NCBI GenBank assembly: GCA_015233895.1
Contig: JADFXG010000011.1
Coordinates: 37,212 to 101,211, forward strand
DNA length: 64,000 nucleotides
Source of the DNA: Nitrospirota bacterium
GTDB taxonomy: Bacteria; Nitrospirota; Thermodesulfovibrionia; Thermodesulfovibrionales; Magnetobacteriaceae
Direction: 5' to 3'
The notes beneath the pieces are model-generated. The model ran no database searches, was not told the DNA's origin, and saw nothing but the letters and a program-made list of their open reading frames with translations. Below, piece by piece: positions 37,803-48,380 of the stretch. Positions within the stretch are counted from its first letter, which is position 1, and each line of letters opens with the position of its first letter. The translations under genes and the position numbers were made by a program.

Positions 37803-40800
37803 TCAGTATCCATTGTCACAAACATGCCCTGTCATCAGCCGCTTAGGGTCCAAAGTACCCTGATAACACTCAAGCAACACGCTTTTACAACGTGCCTCCG
37901 TACCGCTTGTGTAAACTGCTGTCGAGGTAAACGTCAAAAATCCCCCGTATAGGCTTGCATTGTTGATATCACTCATAGTTAAGCTTTCATTGTTAAAGGA
38001 AATTGTATTTTGCAAAAATGTGATTAGTTTGGTTTGCTTAGACGCTAAATTAGATGCAAAAGTGTTGGTTGTGCCGGAGGGTGTGGCATTATCGGTGGCT
38101 GCAACTGTAAATTTAACGGTTAAATCCTGTGACGACCTGTTAGATGCCATACAGTAGCTTGGATTAGAGCTGTTTGTTGATAAATAAGGCATATTGTATG
38201 TGACTGATGAGGGGTTTTGAGAAAAATTTGCAATAACTGTACAATCTGCCGTTATTGTGCTTGTTGTGTAGGTGCTGCCGGAAAGACTGCCTCCGCACGT
38301 GCCTCCTACTGAAGATAACGTATATCCACTATTTGCACTAACCGTAAAAGATGTCGTCGAATTATAGTTAACCGTTTGTGGTGTGTTAGGACTTATATTT
38401 CCTCCTGTACCTGCCGATGGGGTTACTGTCCAGGTTTTTCGTGAAGCTGAAGCCGTAACCGTACAGTCTGCAGTTATTGATCCAGTTGTATAAGTCGCAT
38501 CCGTGTTTACTGCCAGATTTGTTTGAGTAACTCCACCGCATCCTGATACACTTGTTATGTAATAGCCAGATGTAGGATGGAATGTAAATGTTTGAGTAGC
38601 GTTATTATTTACTGTTGTTGATGCACCGGATGTTTCAGTTACATTTGCCAAAGTCTCGGTTATACTCCAAGTATTTTGTGAAGCGGTTGCTGTTACTGTA
38701 CAATCAGAAGTTACAGCTCCAGTTGTATAACTTACCGCCGCATTGACGGCCTGTGCTCCCGGGTCAGTTCCTCCGCAGCCTGATACGCTTGTTATGTGAT
38801 ACCCTGAGGCAGGCGTAAACTGAAACGTTATTGTACCGCCATAAGTCACTGTCTGAGGGGAGGCTTTGTCGGTAGTTACGTTTGTTAAAGATTCGGTTAC
38901 AGTTTTTGTTTGTTGTGTAGCAGTTGCCGTGACCGTACAGTCAGAAGTTACCGCGCCTGTTGTATAACTTACTGCCGTATTGACGGCCTGTGCTCCTGGG
39001 TCAGTCCCTCCACACCCTGATACACCGGTTATGTAATAGCCGGATGAAGGTGTAAATTGAAATGTTATCGTGCTGCCATAATTCACTGTCTGAGGGGAGG
39101 CTTTGTCAGTAGTTACATTTGTCAACGATTCGGTTACTGTTTTTGTTTGTTGTGTAGCAGTTGCTGTAACTGTACAATCAGAACCTACCGCTCCTGTTGT
39201 ATAGCTTACTGCAGTATTGACGGCCTGTGCTCCCGGGTCAGTCCCTCCACATCCTGATACACTTGTTATGTAATAGCCGGATGAAGGGGTAAATTGAAAT
39301 GTTATTGTGTCACCATAATTCACTGTCTGAGGAGAGGTTTTGTCGGTAGTTACATTTGTCAAAGTTTCGGTTACTGTCTGTGTCTTCTGTGAGGTTGTTG
39401 CCGTAACTGTACAATCAGAACCTACCGCTCCTGTTGTATAACTTACTGCCGTATTGACAGCCTGTGCTCCGGGGTCAGTCCCTCCACAGCCTGATACACT
39501 GGTTATGTAATAGCCGGATGATGGTGTAAATTGAAATGTTATTGTATCGCCGTAAGCTACTGTCTGGGGGGAGGTTTTGTCTGAAGTTACATTTGTCAGA
39601 GATTCGGTTACTGTCATGGTAATTACGCCTGTGTATATATATCCACCATAATCTACAGCAGCGAGTCTCGTTCCATTTGAAGATGACGCTATACTGTACC
39701 AAGCTCTAGCACCAGCACCCGTTTGCTGGTTCCATGTGGCTCCTGAATCTGTTGATGTATAAATATAACCACCAGAGCCGCTGCCAGTAGTGTCACCTAC
39801 AGCGAGTTTTGTCCCATCTGATGATGATGCTGTTGGTAGCCAACCTCTCATGCCTGCAGTCAAGCGCCCTGTCCAGGTAACGCTAAAATCTGTTGATGTC
39901 CAAATATAACCCCCATTATCAGCAGCAACGAGTTTTGACATATCTGATGATGACGCTATTGGTCCACCTGCACCACTATTTGTTTGTGTCCATGATACGC
40001 CTGAATTAACTGATGCATAATTAACACCATTTACTTGAGCGATGAGTTTTGATCCATCTGATGATGATGCGATATAACCCCAAGCTCCAATACCGGCATT
40101 TGTTTGTGCAGTCCAGGTAGTGCCCGAATCTGTTGATGTATAAATATAACCCCCAGAGCCACTGCCATAAAAATCTGCAACAGCGAGCTTTGTTCCATCT
40201 GATGATGACGCTATAGGATGCCAACTTTTGCTACCAAGAACAGTTTGCTTGGTCCATGTAGCGCCTGAATCGGTTGAGGTATAAATAAAACCACCATTTA
40301 CTGCAGCCGCAAGTTTTGCGCCATCTGATGATGACACTATATTTTGCAAATATCTGCCGGCACTCGTTTGCTGTATCCAGGTAGCGCCTGAATCGGTCGA
40401 GGTATAAAGATAATCACCTTGAGCTGCAGCAACAAGTTTTGTGCCATCTGATGATGATGCGATAGAGTCCCAATTTCTGTTTCCTGGAGCCGTCTGTTGA
40501 GTCCATGTGTAGCTACGTGCTATTGCGGCATTTGAAGCCGTTGCAATAACCGTACAATTAGAAGTTACCGCTCCTGTGGTATAATTTACAACAGTATCAG
40601 CACTTTGTATTGTTATCGCATTTCCACTACATCCATATACGCTTGTTATGTGATAACCGGAGGCAGGAGTAAACTGAAATGTTATTGTGCTGCCATAATT
40701 CACTGTTTGAGGGGAGGCTTTGTCAGTTGTTACATTTGTCAACGATTCGGTTACAGTTTTTGTTTGTTGAGCTGCAGTTGCTGTTACTGCACAACCATCA

Positions 40801-42224
40801 GTTAGCGCTGCCGTTGTATAGCTTACCGCCGTGTTGACAGTCTGTGTTCCGGGGTTAGTCCCTCCGCACCCTGATACGCTTGTTATGTAATAGCCGGAAG
40901 TGGGTGTAAACTGGAATGTTATAGAGCTGCCATAATTCACAGTTTGTGGGGAGGCTTTGTTAGTAGTTACATTTGTCAAAGTTTCAGTTACAGTATAGGT
41001 TTTTTGTGCTGCCGTAGCCGTAACCGTGCAATCACCAGTTACAGCTCCTGTTGTGTAGCTTACCGCCGTATTGACAGTCTGTGTTCCAGGGTCAGTCCCT
41101 CCGCATCCTGATACACCTGTTATGTAATAGCCAGAAGTGGGTGTAAATTGGAATGTTATCGCACTGCCATAATTCACCGTTTGAGGGGAGGCTTTGTCTG
41201 TAGTTACATTTGTCAAAGTTTCAGTTACAGTATAGGTTGGGAGTGCTGTGGTTGTTGTAGTAGTAGGGGCAGTATAAACTCCGGTGTAGAGATAGTCCGC
41301 TCCTGCAACTAACTTTGTTCCGTCTGATGAGGATGCTATTGAATTCCAATATCCAGTGCCAGTTAATGTTTGCGTAGTCCATGTAACGCCTGAGTCTGTT
41401 GATGTATAAATATAACCAGTATTAGCTACAGCAGCGAGTTTTGTGCCATCTGATGATGACGCTATTGAATACCACGAGCTACTACCAGCACTTGTTTGCT
41501 GTGTCCATGTAGCACCTGAATCGGTTGAGGTATAAATATAACCAGCCAAAACTACAGCAGCAAGTTTAGTTCCGTCCGACGACATTGACGCTGAGTACCA
41601 CTGTCGGGAGCCTGCTGATGTTCGTTGAGTCCATGTAGCACCTGAATTTGTAGAAGTGTAAATATAGCCATTAAAAACACTGGCAACCAGATTAGTTCCG
41701 TCCGATGACATTGCTACCCCACCCCAAATTGAGGTGCTTAATGACGTTAGTGCTGTCCACGTAGTCCCTGAATCTGTAGAAGTATATATATAGCCATTGT
41801 AAGCAGCAGCCATTTGTTTAGTGCCATCAGATGACATTGCTGCTATCTGCCATACTCTGGATCCAGCTGAAGGCTGGTATGTCCATGTAACGCCTGAATT
41901 TGCAGAAGTATAAATATAGCCATTATTTTCAAGAGCAACCAACGTGTTACCATCCAATGACGATGCTACTGAAATCCAGTATCTAACACCTGCTGATGTT
42001 CGTGCAACCCATGTAGCCCCTGAATTTGTAGAAGTGTAAATATAGTTGTTATATTGAGTTGCAGCCAGCTTAGTTCCATTTGATGATGATGCCACGGAGG
42101 ACCAAGTGACTGCAGAACCGGTTTGCTGAGTCCATGTCCACCCGGCATAAGACACTGCTGGCAACAACAATATAATCAGCAACAGTAAGACAATGTACTT
42201 CAATAAAAAACTATATCTTTTCAT
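37803..42224 (-). CDS. Large secreted adhesin-like protein: 2 Asp-box propellers, 9 InlB-B-like repeats, CTD subtype B
   Basis: Signal peptide with AAGGAG RBS; propeller, 3 repeats, propeller, 6 repeats, B-type CTD. Confidence 0.88.
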   Translation of the reverse strand: MKRYSFLLKYIVLLLLIILLLPAVSYAGWTWTQQTGSAVTWSSVASSSNGTKLAATQYNNYIYTSTNSGATWVARTSAGVRYWISVASSLDGNTLVALENNGYIYTSANSGVTWTYQPSAGSRVWQIAAMSSDGTKQMAAAYNGYIYTSTDSGTTWTALTSLSTSIWGGVAMSSDGTNLVASVFNGYIYTSTNSGATWTQRTSAGSRQWYSASMSSDGTKLAAVVLAGYIYTSTDSGATWTQQTSAGSSSWYSIASSSDGTKLAAVANTGYIYTSTDSGVTWTTQTLTGTGYWNSIASSSDGTKLVAGADYLYTGVYTAPTTTTTTALPTYTVTETLTNVTTDKASPQTVNYGSAITFQFTPTSGYYITGVSGCGGTDPGTQTVNTAVSYTTGAVTGDCTVTATAAQKTYTVTETLTNVTTNKASPQTVNYGSSITFQFTPTSGYYITSVSGCGGTNPGTQTVNTAVSYTTAALTDGCAVTATAAQQTKTVTESLTNVTTDKASPQTVNYGSTITFQFTPASGYHITSVYGCSGNAITIQSADTVVNYTTGAVTSNCTVIATASNAAIARSYTWTQQTAPGNRNWDSIASSSDGTKLVAAAQGDYLYTSTDSGATWIQQTSAGRYLQNIVSSSDGAKLAAAVNGGFIYTSTDSGATWTKQTVLGSKSWHPIASSSDGTKLAVADFYGSGSGGYIYTSTDSGTTWTAQTNAGIGAWGYIASSSDGSKLIAQVNGVNYASVNSGVSWTQTNSGAGGPIASSSDMSKLVAADNGGYIWTSTDFSVTWTGRLTAGMRGWLPTASSSDGTKLAVGDTTGSGSGGYIYTSTDSGATWNQQTGAGARAWYSIASSSNGTRLAAVDYGGYIYTGVITMTVTESLTNVTSDKTSPQTVAYGDTITFQFTPSSGYYITSVSGCGGTDPGAQAVNTAVSYTTGAVGSDCTVTATTSQKTQTVTETLTNVTTDKTSPQTVNYGDTITFQFTPSSGYYITSVSGCGGTDPGAQAVNTAVSYTTGAVGSDCTVTATATQQTKTVTESLTNVTTDKASPQTVNYGSTITFQFTPSSGYYITGVSGCGGTDPGAQAVNTAVSYTTGAVTSDCTVTATATQQTKTVTESLTNVTTDKASPQTVTYGGTITFQFTPASGYHITSVSGCGGTDPGAQAVNAAVSYTTGAVTSDCTVTATASQNTWSITETLANVTETSGASTTVNNNATQTFTFHPTSGYYITSVSGCGGVTQTNLAVNTDATYTTGSITADCTVTASASRKTWTVTPSAGTGGNISPNTPQTVNYNSTTSFTVSANSGYTLSSVGGTCGGSLSGSTYTTSTITADCTVIANFSQNPSSVTYNMPYLSTNSSNPSYCMASNRSSQDLTVKFTVAATDNATPSGTTNTFASNLASKQTKLITFLQNTISFNNESLTMSDINNASLYGGFLTFTSTAVYTSGTEARCKSVLLECYQGTLDPKRLMTGHVCDNGY

Positions 42225-42269
42225 AAGCTCCTTATCCTCATCTCTCCAAATTAACCTATTAACCCACCA

Positions 42270-43685
42270 TTAATGACCAATCACAGTCGAAATAGTGTCC
42301 ATACAAACGTAGCCAGTCACTGGCCTTCTGGGATCACTGTATCCTTGTAAACATGAAATCACGACCTTTGAACAGGATGCCTGAGTGCCTGATGAAAATG
42401 CAGCCTTTGACACAAAAGAAAGCGCACCACCATAAGCGCCTGACTTAGCAACGTCGGATAATAATGACACAGACTCGGTTCCACCTAGTGGATTATAAAT
42501 TGAAGCAGTCTGCTCCTGGAAAGTAAACAGCCGTGTAGTATAGCTGTTAAGATAGTTTGAAAATGTTTGTTTACCCGTAGCAGGAATGTCAACATCTGCC
42601 GATTTTACTTCAAAGCTAACGGTCATATTCTCTGAGGATAAGTTTGATGAAATACAGTAAACGACATTATTTGTGTTTGTGTGGAGATACGGTATGTTAT
42701 ATGTGACAGTTGATGGATAGTAGCCGGTGTAAATATAACCATTATAAGCAACAGCCGCAAGTTTTGTCCCATCGGAAGACGATGCTATTGATTTCCAGTT
42801 TCTGCTGCCAGCCCCTGTTTCATAAGCCCATGTAGCACCGGAATCTGTCGAAGTATATAAGTAATCATTAGAAGCTACAGCAGCGAGTTTTGTACCATCT
42901 GATGATGACGTTATTCCAGACCAAAATCTGCTACCAGAACTCGTTCGTTCAGTCCATGTAGAACCGGAATTGGTTGAGGTATAAATATACCCGACATTAA
43001 CCACAGCAGCGAGTTTTGCTCCATCTGATGATGACGCTATTGAATACCAATTTTTGCTGCCGGCGCTCGTTTGAGCTGTCCATGAAACGCCTGAATTGGT
43101 TGAGGTATAAATATAACCACTGTTAACTACAGCAGCAAGTTTTGCCCCATCGGACGATGACGCTATTGAAAACCAGGTTCTATTGTCAGAAACGTGCTCA
43201 GTCCATGAAACGCCGGACTCTGTTGAGGTATAAATATACCCGATATTAACCACAGCCGCAAGTTTTGTCCCATCGGATGATGACGCTATTGATTTCCAAT
43301 ATCTGCTGCCGGCAATCGTTTGCGAAGTCCATGCAGCGCCTGAAGTGATTGAGGTGTAAATATAACCATTAGAAACTACAGCAGCAAGTTGTGTCCCATC
43401 GGATGAGGATACTATTGCATCCCAAAATCTACTGCCGGCAATAGTTTGCGGAGTCCAGTGTACGCCTGTATCGGTTGAGGTATAAATATAACCGCCACCG
43501 TCACTGCCAAAATAATCTACAGCAGCAAGTTGTGTTCCATCGGATGATGACGCTATTGCACTCCAACCTCTGCTGCCAGAATCAGTTTGTGGTGTCCAAA
43601 CCCAGCCGCCGTAAGCAACCACAGGTAATAAAATTAACAAGGACAGCGATATAAAACACTTAAACGATAGAATTTTGACTCCCAC
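42270..43685 (-). CDS. Secreted 7-blade Asp-box beta-propeller + CTD subtype A
   Basis: GTG 43685 after GAGGAG; signal peptide; seven blades; PYLHTNTNNVVYC...SCLQGYSDPRRPVTGYVC...GH. Confidence 0.87.
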   Translation of the reverse strand: MGVKILSFKCFISLSLLILLPVVAYGGWVWTPQTDSGSRGWSAIASSSDGTQLAAVDYFGSDGGGYIYTSTDTGVHWTPQTIAGSRFWDAIVSSSDGTQLAAVVSNGYIYTSITSGAAWTSQTIAGSRYWKSIASSSDGTKLAAVVNIGYIYTSTESGVSWTEHVSDNRTWFSIASSSDGAKLAAVVNSGYIYTSTNSGVSWTAQTSAGSKNWYSIASSSDGAKLAAVVNVGYIYTSTNSGSTWTERTSSGSRFWSGITSSSDGTKLAAVASNDYLYTSTDSGATWAYETGAGSRNWKSIASSSDGTKLAAVAYNGYIYTGYYPSTVTYNIPYLHTNTNNVVYCISSNLSSENMTVSFEVKSADVDIPATGKQTFSNYLNSYTTRLFTFQEQTASIYNPLGGTESVSLLSDVAKSGAYGGALSFVSKAAFSSGTQASCSKVVISCLQGYSDPRRPVTGYVCMDTISTVIGH

Positions 43686-43762
43686 AGCTCCTCCTCGGCA
43701 TAACACAAAACCCACAGCTACATCAACACGCAATCACCATACGCTTAATTAAAGATAAACTA

Positions 43763-43793
43763 ACTATAAGATAAAAAAAATATTTTGTCAATA
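43763..43793 (-). promoter_or_regulatory. Putative promoter of the first A-B unit
   Basis: TATTGACA-17 bp-TATAGT. Confidence 0.65.
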
Positions 43794-43917
43794 TTTTACC
43801 TCAGAAAGTATGTAACTTTTGTACCCAAAATCAAGGTTGTCAGAAGTATTTACCCTATTTATTGTTTTGGTTAAGTGATATTAAACTTTAATAATCATAA
43901 GCACAGGCCTTATTCTT

Positions 43918-46900
43918 TCAGTATCCATTCTCACAAACATGCCCTGTCAACAGCCGCTTAGGGTTCAAAGTACCCTGATAACATTCAAGCAACACGCTTT
44001 TACAACGTGCCTCCGTACCGCTTGTGTAAAGCGCTGTTGAGGTAAACGTGAGAAATCCCCCGTATAGGCTTGCATTGTTGGTATCACTCATAGTTAAGCT
44101 TTCATTGTTAAAGGAAATTGTATTTTGCAAAAATGTGATTAGTTTGGTTTGCTTAGACGTTAAATTAGATGCAAAAGTGTTTGGTGTGCGGGGAGATGTA
44201 TAATTAGATGTTGTAGAATTGTCAACGGCTCCAACCGTAAAGTTGACAGTTAAATCCTGTGACGATCTGTTTGATGCCATACAGTAGCTTGGATTAGCGC
44301 TGTTTGTTGATAAATACGGCAGATTGTATGTAACAGATGAATTCTTCTGAGAAAAATTTGCGATAACCGTACAATCTGCTGTTATTGCGCTTGTTGTGTA
44401 GGTGCTGCCGGAAAGGCTGCCTCCGCACGTGCCTCCTACTGAAGATAACGTATATCCACTATTAGCACTAACAGTAAAAGAGGTTGTCGAATTATAGTTG
44501 ACAGTTTGTGCCGTGTTTGGGCTTATACTTCCCCCTGTGCCTGCCGATGGGGTTACTGTCTGGGTTTTTCGTGATGCCGTAGCAGTAACTGTACAGTCTG
44601 CTGTTATTGATCCCGTTGTATAAGTCGCATCCGTGTTTACTGCCAGATTTGTTTGAGTAACTCCACCGCATCCTGATACACTTGTTATGTAATATCCTGA
44701 GGTGGGATGAAAAGTAAATGTTTGAGTAGCGTTATCACTTACTGTTGTTGAAGCACCGGATGTTTCAGTCACGTTTGTCAGAGACTCGGCTATAGTCCAG
44801 GTTTTTTGTGAAGCAGTTGCTGTTACTGTGCAATCAGAAGTTACCGCTGCCGTTGTATAGCTTACTGCTGTATTGACAGTTTGTGCTCCGGGGTCAGTCC
44901 CTCCGCATCCTGATACACTTGTTATACGATAACCTGAGGATGGTGTAAATTGAAATGTTATTGTGTTTCCATAATTCACTGTCTGAGGTGAGGTTTTGTC
45001 AGTAGTTACATTGGTCAAAGTTTCGGTTACCGACTGGGTCTTTTGTGCTGCCGTTGCCGTAACAGTGCAATCAGAATTTACCGCTCCTGTTGTATAACTT
45101 ACCGCTGTATTAACAGCTTGTGCTCCGGGGTCAGTCCCTCCGCATCCTGATACGCTTGTTATGTAATAACCTGATGTTGGTGTAAACTGAAATGTTATTG
45201 TGCTGCCATCATTTACAGTCTGCGGCGAGGATTTGTCAGTGGTTACATTTGTCAGCGATTCGGTTACTGTATGAGCACGGACACCTGTATATATATAGTC
45301 ACTGGTATTGCCCAGGATTGCAACCGTCTTTGAGCCGTCTGCAGATATTGCAACTCCTCCCCAATTTCGGGTAGTATCGTTTGCAGTTGCGCTCCATGTA
45401 ACACCTGAATCTGTTGAGATATAAAGATAGCCATATGTACTTATAGCGCTGGCAAGCAATATAGTTCCGTCTGAAGATGATGCTATACCATACCGTGCTT
45501 TGATGCCTGATCCTGTCTGCGCAGTCCATGTAACGCCTGAATCTGTAGAGGTATAAACGTAGCCATTATCAGTTACAGCAGCGAGTTTTGTGCCATCGTA
45601 TGATGAGGCAATCGCTGTCCAGTCACCATAACCGGAATTTACCTGAACATTCCATGTAACTCCTGAATCTGTTGATGTGTATATATACCCTGGAGTAAAA
45701 TCCACAGCAGCCAGTTTCGTCCCGTCTGATGACGATGCTACACTGCTCCAGTATAAGGAGCTTGATGATGTCTGCTCGGTCCATGTGACGCCGGAATCTG
45801 TTGAGGTAAAAATATGCCCGGCTTGTACTGCTGCAACTAACTTAGTACCGTCTGACGATGAGGCTAAGGCACTCCAATTCCGGCTGGCATCGATTGCTCT
45901 TGGTGTCCATGTAACGCCTGAATCTGTAGAGGTGTAAAGATATCCTCCGGAGGCAGCAGCAAGCAATTTAGTGCCGTCCGATGATGAGGCTACTTTAGAC
46001 CAATATCTGGCAGTATCGGTTGCTCTTGGCGTCCATGTAACGCCCGAATCTGTAGAGGTATAAAGATAACCAAGGTAAGTACCAAAAATCAATTTAGTGC
46101 CATCAGCTGAAGACGCCACACCATATCGATTTTTGCTTGTATCTCTTGCCGTCCAGGTCCAGAGGTTGGTTGTTGCGGTTGTCGTGGTTGTTGAGGTCGT
46201 AGTCGTAGCTGTTGTTGTAGTTGTTGAGGATGCAGCTGTAGTGGTAGTTGTTGACGCAGATGTGTTTGGTGTTATAAAATTTCCCATTGCATATGGCTGA
46301 GTTCCTACGCTAATCGTGGCTGAAACCGTATTTGAGGCTGTGGATATCACGGAAACATTGTCTGAACCATAATTTGCCACATAGACCTTAGAGCCATCGG
46401 GCGTAACAGACACTCCTCTTGGATCGCTCCCTACGGTTATTATGTTTGATACAAGGTTTGTGGCTGTAGATATTACAGGAACATGGGTGGTATAAGATTC
46501 TGTCACATAGACCTTAGAGCCATCTGGGGTTACAACTGCTCCAAAGGCATAAAGTGGGACGTTAATCGTTGCTGTGATTATATCTGTGGCAGTTGAGATT
46601 ACAAAAACATTGTAACGATTTGTCACCACATAGACCTTAGAGCCATCGGGCGACATGGCAAGTGAATTTGGCTGGCTACCATATGTTCCTGAGGCTCCTG
46701 CACTCCCAACTTTTATCGTGGTTGAAACCGTGTTTGTGTTTGTGGATATTACAGAAACAGTTTCTGGAATAGTGTTTAAAACATAGACCTTAGAGCCATC
46801 GGGTGTTACGACAATTGAACCCGGATTAGTCCCTACAGTGATAGTATTTGTGACCGTATTTGATGTTGTGTCTATTACAGAGACGGTGTTCATTGTATAA

Positions 46901-48291
46901 TAACCATGTGTCACATAGACCTTAGAGCCATCCGGCGTCACAACTACTCCGTAAGGATGATCTCCAACACTGATTGTGTTTGAGACCGTGTTTGAGGTTG
47001 TGTCTATTACCTTAACTGTATTTGCACCGTAATTTGCCACATAGACTTTAGAGCCATCAGGTGACACGGCTACCCCTACCGGGTGACTCCCAACGGTGAT
47101 TGTGTTTGAGACCGTATTTGATGTTGTATCTATTACTGAAACGTTATTTGAGCTGTAGTTTGTTATATATGCGTTGATAGCCGTAGTGGTTGTAGTGGTT
47201 GATGCCGTAGTAGTGGTAGTGCTTGATGCTGCTGTGGTTGTAGTGGCAGAATAAACACCAGTGGAAATATAGCCACTACCTGAGCCGCTCAGAGCAAGGA
47301 GTTTTGTCCCATCTGACGAGGATGCTATTCCATACCAATACGCATTACCAGCAGCTGTTTGTTGTGTCCACGTAGCACCTGAATCTGTTGATGTATAAAT
47401 ATAGCCCTTTACACCAAGAGTAGGATTACATTCTACAGCGGCGAGCATTGATCCATCTGATGAGGATGCTATGCCCTTCCAATGTATAGGACCAGAAGCA
47501 GCCTGTGGTGTCCATGTTACGCCTGAATCTGTTGACGTATAGATATAGCCTCCGGAGCCGGTACCATAGTAATCTACAGCAGCGAGCTTTGTTCCATCTG
47601 TTGAAGATGCTATGCTTACCCAATATCTGCTTCCGGCACTAGTTTGCTCAGTCCATGAAGTACCTGAATTGGTTGATGTGTAAATATAACCATAAGCATA
47701 AACTCCGGCGGCGAGTTGTGTCCCATCTGATGAGGATGCTACAGTTTGCCATTCACGATTACCAGCAGCAGTTTGTTGTGTCCACGTAGAGCCTGAATTT
47801 GTTGATGTGTAAATATAACCAGTATAAGGACTACTATAAGAGGAATGTGCAGCGATGAGTTTTGACCCATCTGATGAGGACGCTATGGCTGACCAATATC
47901 TGCTACCAGCAGCAGTTTGTGATGTCCATGTAGAGCCTGAATCCGTTGACGTATAGATGTAGCCTCCACTACCAAAGTTAATATCAAAAGCAGCGAGTTT
48001 TGACCCATCTGATGACGATGTTATTGCATACCATTCTCTTATCCCAGAATTTGTTTGAGCAGTCCACGTAGCGCCTGAATCTGTTGATGTGTAAATATAA
48101 CCACCACTACCGTTACCTCTATCAACAGCAGCGAGTTTTGTACCATCTGATGATGATGCTCCTGAGCTCCAAGCTCCGGAACCATAATTAGTTTGCGCAG
48201 TCCACGTCCACTCTGCATAAGACACTACAGGCAAGAAAAACAGAAGCGTCAATATCACAATACACTTAATCGTTAGGATTTTGCCTCTCAT
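43918..48291 (-). CDS. Large secreted adhesin-like protein: Asp-box propeller, YVTN propeller, Asp-box propeller, 4 InlB-B-like repeats, CTD subtype B
   Basis: Signal peptide; PDGSKVYV...VSVI YVTN/YncE blades flanked by poly-Thr linkers; B-type CTD; alternative start at 48324. Confidence 0.88.
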   Translation of the reverse strand: MRGKILTIKCIVILTLLFFLPVVSYAEWTWTAQTNYGSGAWSSGASSSDGTKLAAVDRGNGSGGYIYTSTDSGATWTAQTNSGIREWYAITSSSDGSKLAAFDINFGSGGYIYTSTDSGSTWTSQTAAGSRYWSAIASSSDGSKLIAAHSSYSSPYTGYIYTSTNSGSTWTQQTAAGNREWQTVASSSDGTQLAAGVYAYGYIYTSTNSGTSWTEQTSAGSRYWVSIASSTDGTKLAAVDYYGTGSGGYIYTSTDSGVTWTPQAASGPIHWKGIASSSDGSMLAAVECNPTLGVKGYIYTSTDSGATWTQQTAAGNAYWYGIASSSDGTKLLALSGSGSGYISTGVYSATTTTAASSTTTTTASTTTTTTAINAYITNYSSNNVSVIDTTSNTVSNTITVGSHPVGVAVSPDGSKVYVANYGANTVKVIDTTSNTVSNTISVGDHPYGVVVTPDGSKVYVTHGYYTMNTVSVIDTTSNTVTNTITVGTNPGSIVVTPDGSKVYVLNTIPETVSVISTNTNTVSTTIKVGSAGASGTYGSQPNSLAMSPDGSKVYVVTNRYNVFVISTATDIITATINVPLYAFGAVVTPDGSKVYVTESYTTHVPVISTATNLVSNIITVGSDPRGVSVTPDGSKVYVANYGSDNVSVISTASNTVSATISVGTQPYAMGNFITPNTSASTTTTTAASSTTTTTATTTTSTTTTTATTNLWTWTARDTSKNRYGVASSADGTKLIFGTYLGYLYTSTDSGVTWTPRATDTARYWSKVASSSDGTKLLAAASGGYLYTSTDSGVTWTPRAIDASRNWSALASSSDGTKLVAAVQAGHIFTSTDSGVTWTEQTSSSSLYWSSVASSSDGTKLAAVDFTPGYIYTSTDSGVTWNVQVNSGYGDWTAIASSYDGTKLAAVTDNGYVYTSTDSGVTWTAQTGSGIKARYGIASSSDGTILLASAISTYGYLYISTDSGVTWSATANDTTRNWGGVAISADGSKTVAILGNTSDYIYTGVRAHTVTESLTNVTTDKSSPQTVNDGSTITFQFTPTSGYYITSVSGCGGTDPGAQAVNTAVSYTTGAVNSDCTVTATAAQKTQSVTETLTNVTTDKTSPQTVNYGNTITFQFTPSSGYRITSVSGCGGTDPGAQTVNTAVSYTTAAVTSDCTVTATASQKTWTIAESLTNVTETSGASTTVSDNATQTFTFHPTSGYYITSVSGCGGVTQTNLAVNTDATYTTGSITADCTVTATASRKTQTVTPSAGTGGSISPNTAQTVNYNSTTSFTVSANSGYTLSSVGGTCGGSLSGSTYTTSAITADCTVIANFSQKNSSVTYNLPYLSTNSANPSYCMASNRSSQDLTVNFTVGAVDNSTTSNYTSPRTPNTFASNLTSKQTKLITFLQNTISFNNESLTMSDTNNASLYGGFLTFTSTALYTSGTEARCKSVLLECYQGTLNPKRLLTGHVCENGY

Positions 48292-48380
48292 AACCTCTTC
48301 AAAGTCCCGCAACAAACGCAACATACTACGCAGACCCCCTCCATCTTTTTGGCACAATACGCTGATATATTTAGAAAGAG

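Noticed and set aside
31101..48291. Regularly spaced ~125-bp DNA repeats suggesting a CRISPR array
   Set aside because: Repeats are degenerate at synonymous positions, lie inside long ORFs and encode propeller blades; no cas genes
31101..48291. Diversity-generating retroelement as the source of blade variation (many NNT codons at the variable site)
   Set aside because: No reverse transcriptase or non-coding template repeat in the window; variation includes indels and non-adenine changes; T-ending codons are expected in an AT-rich genome
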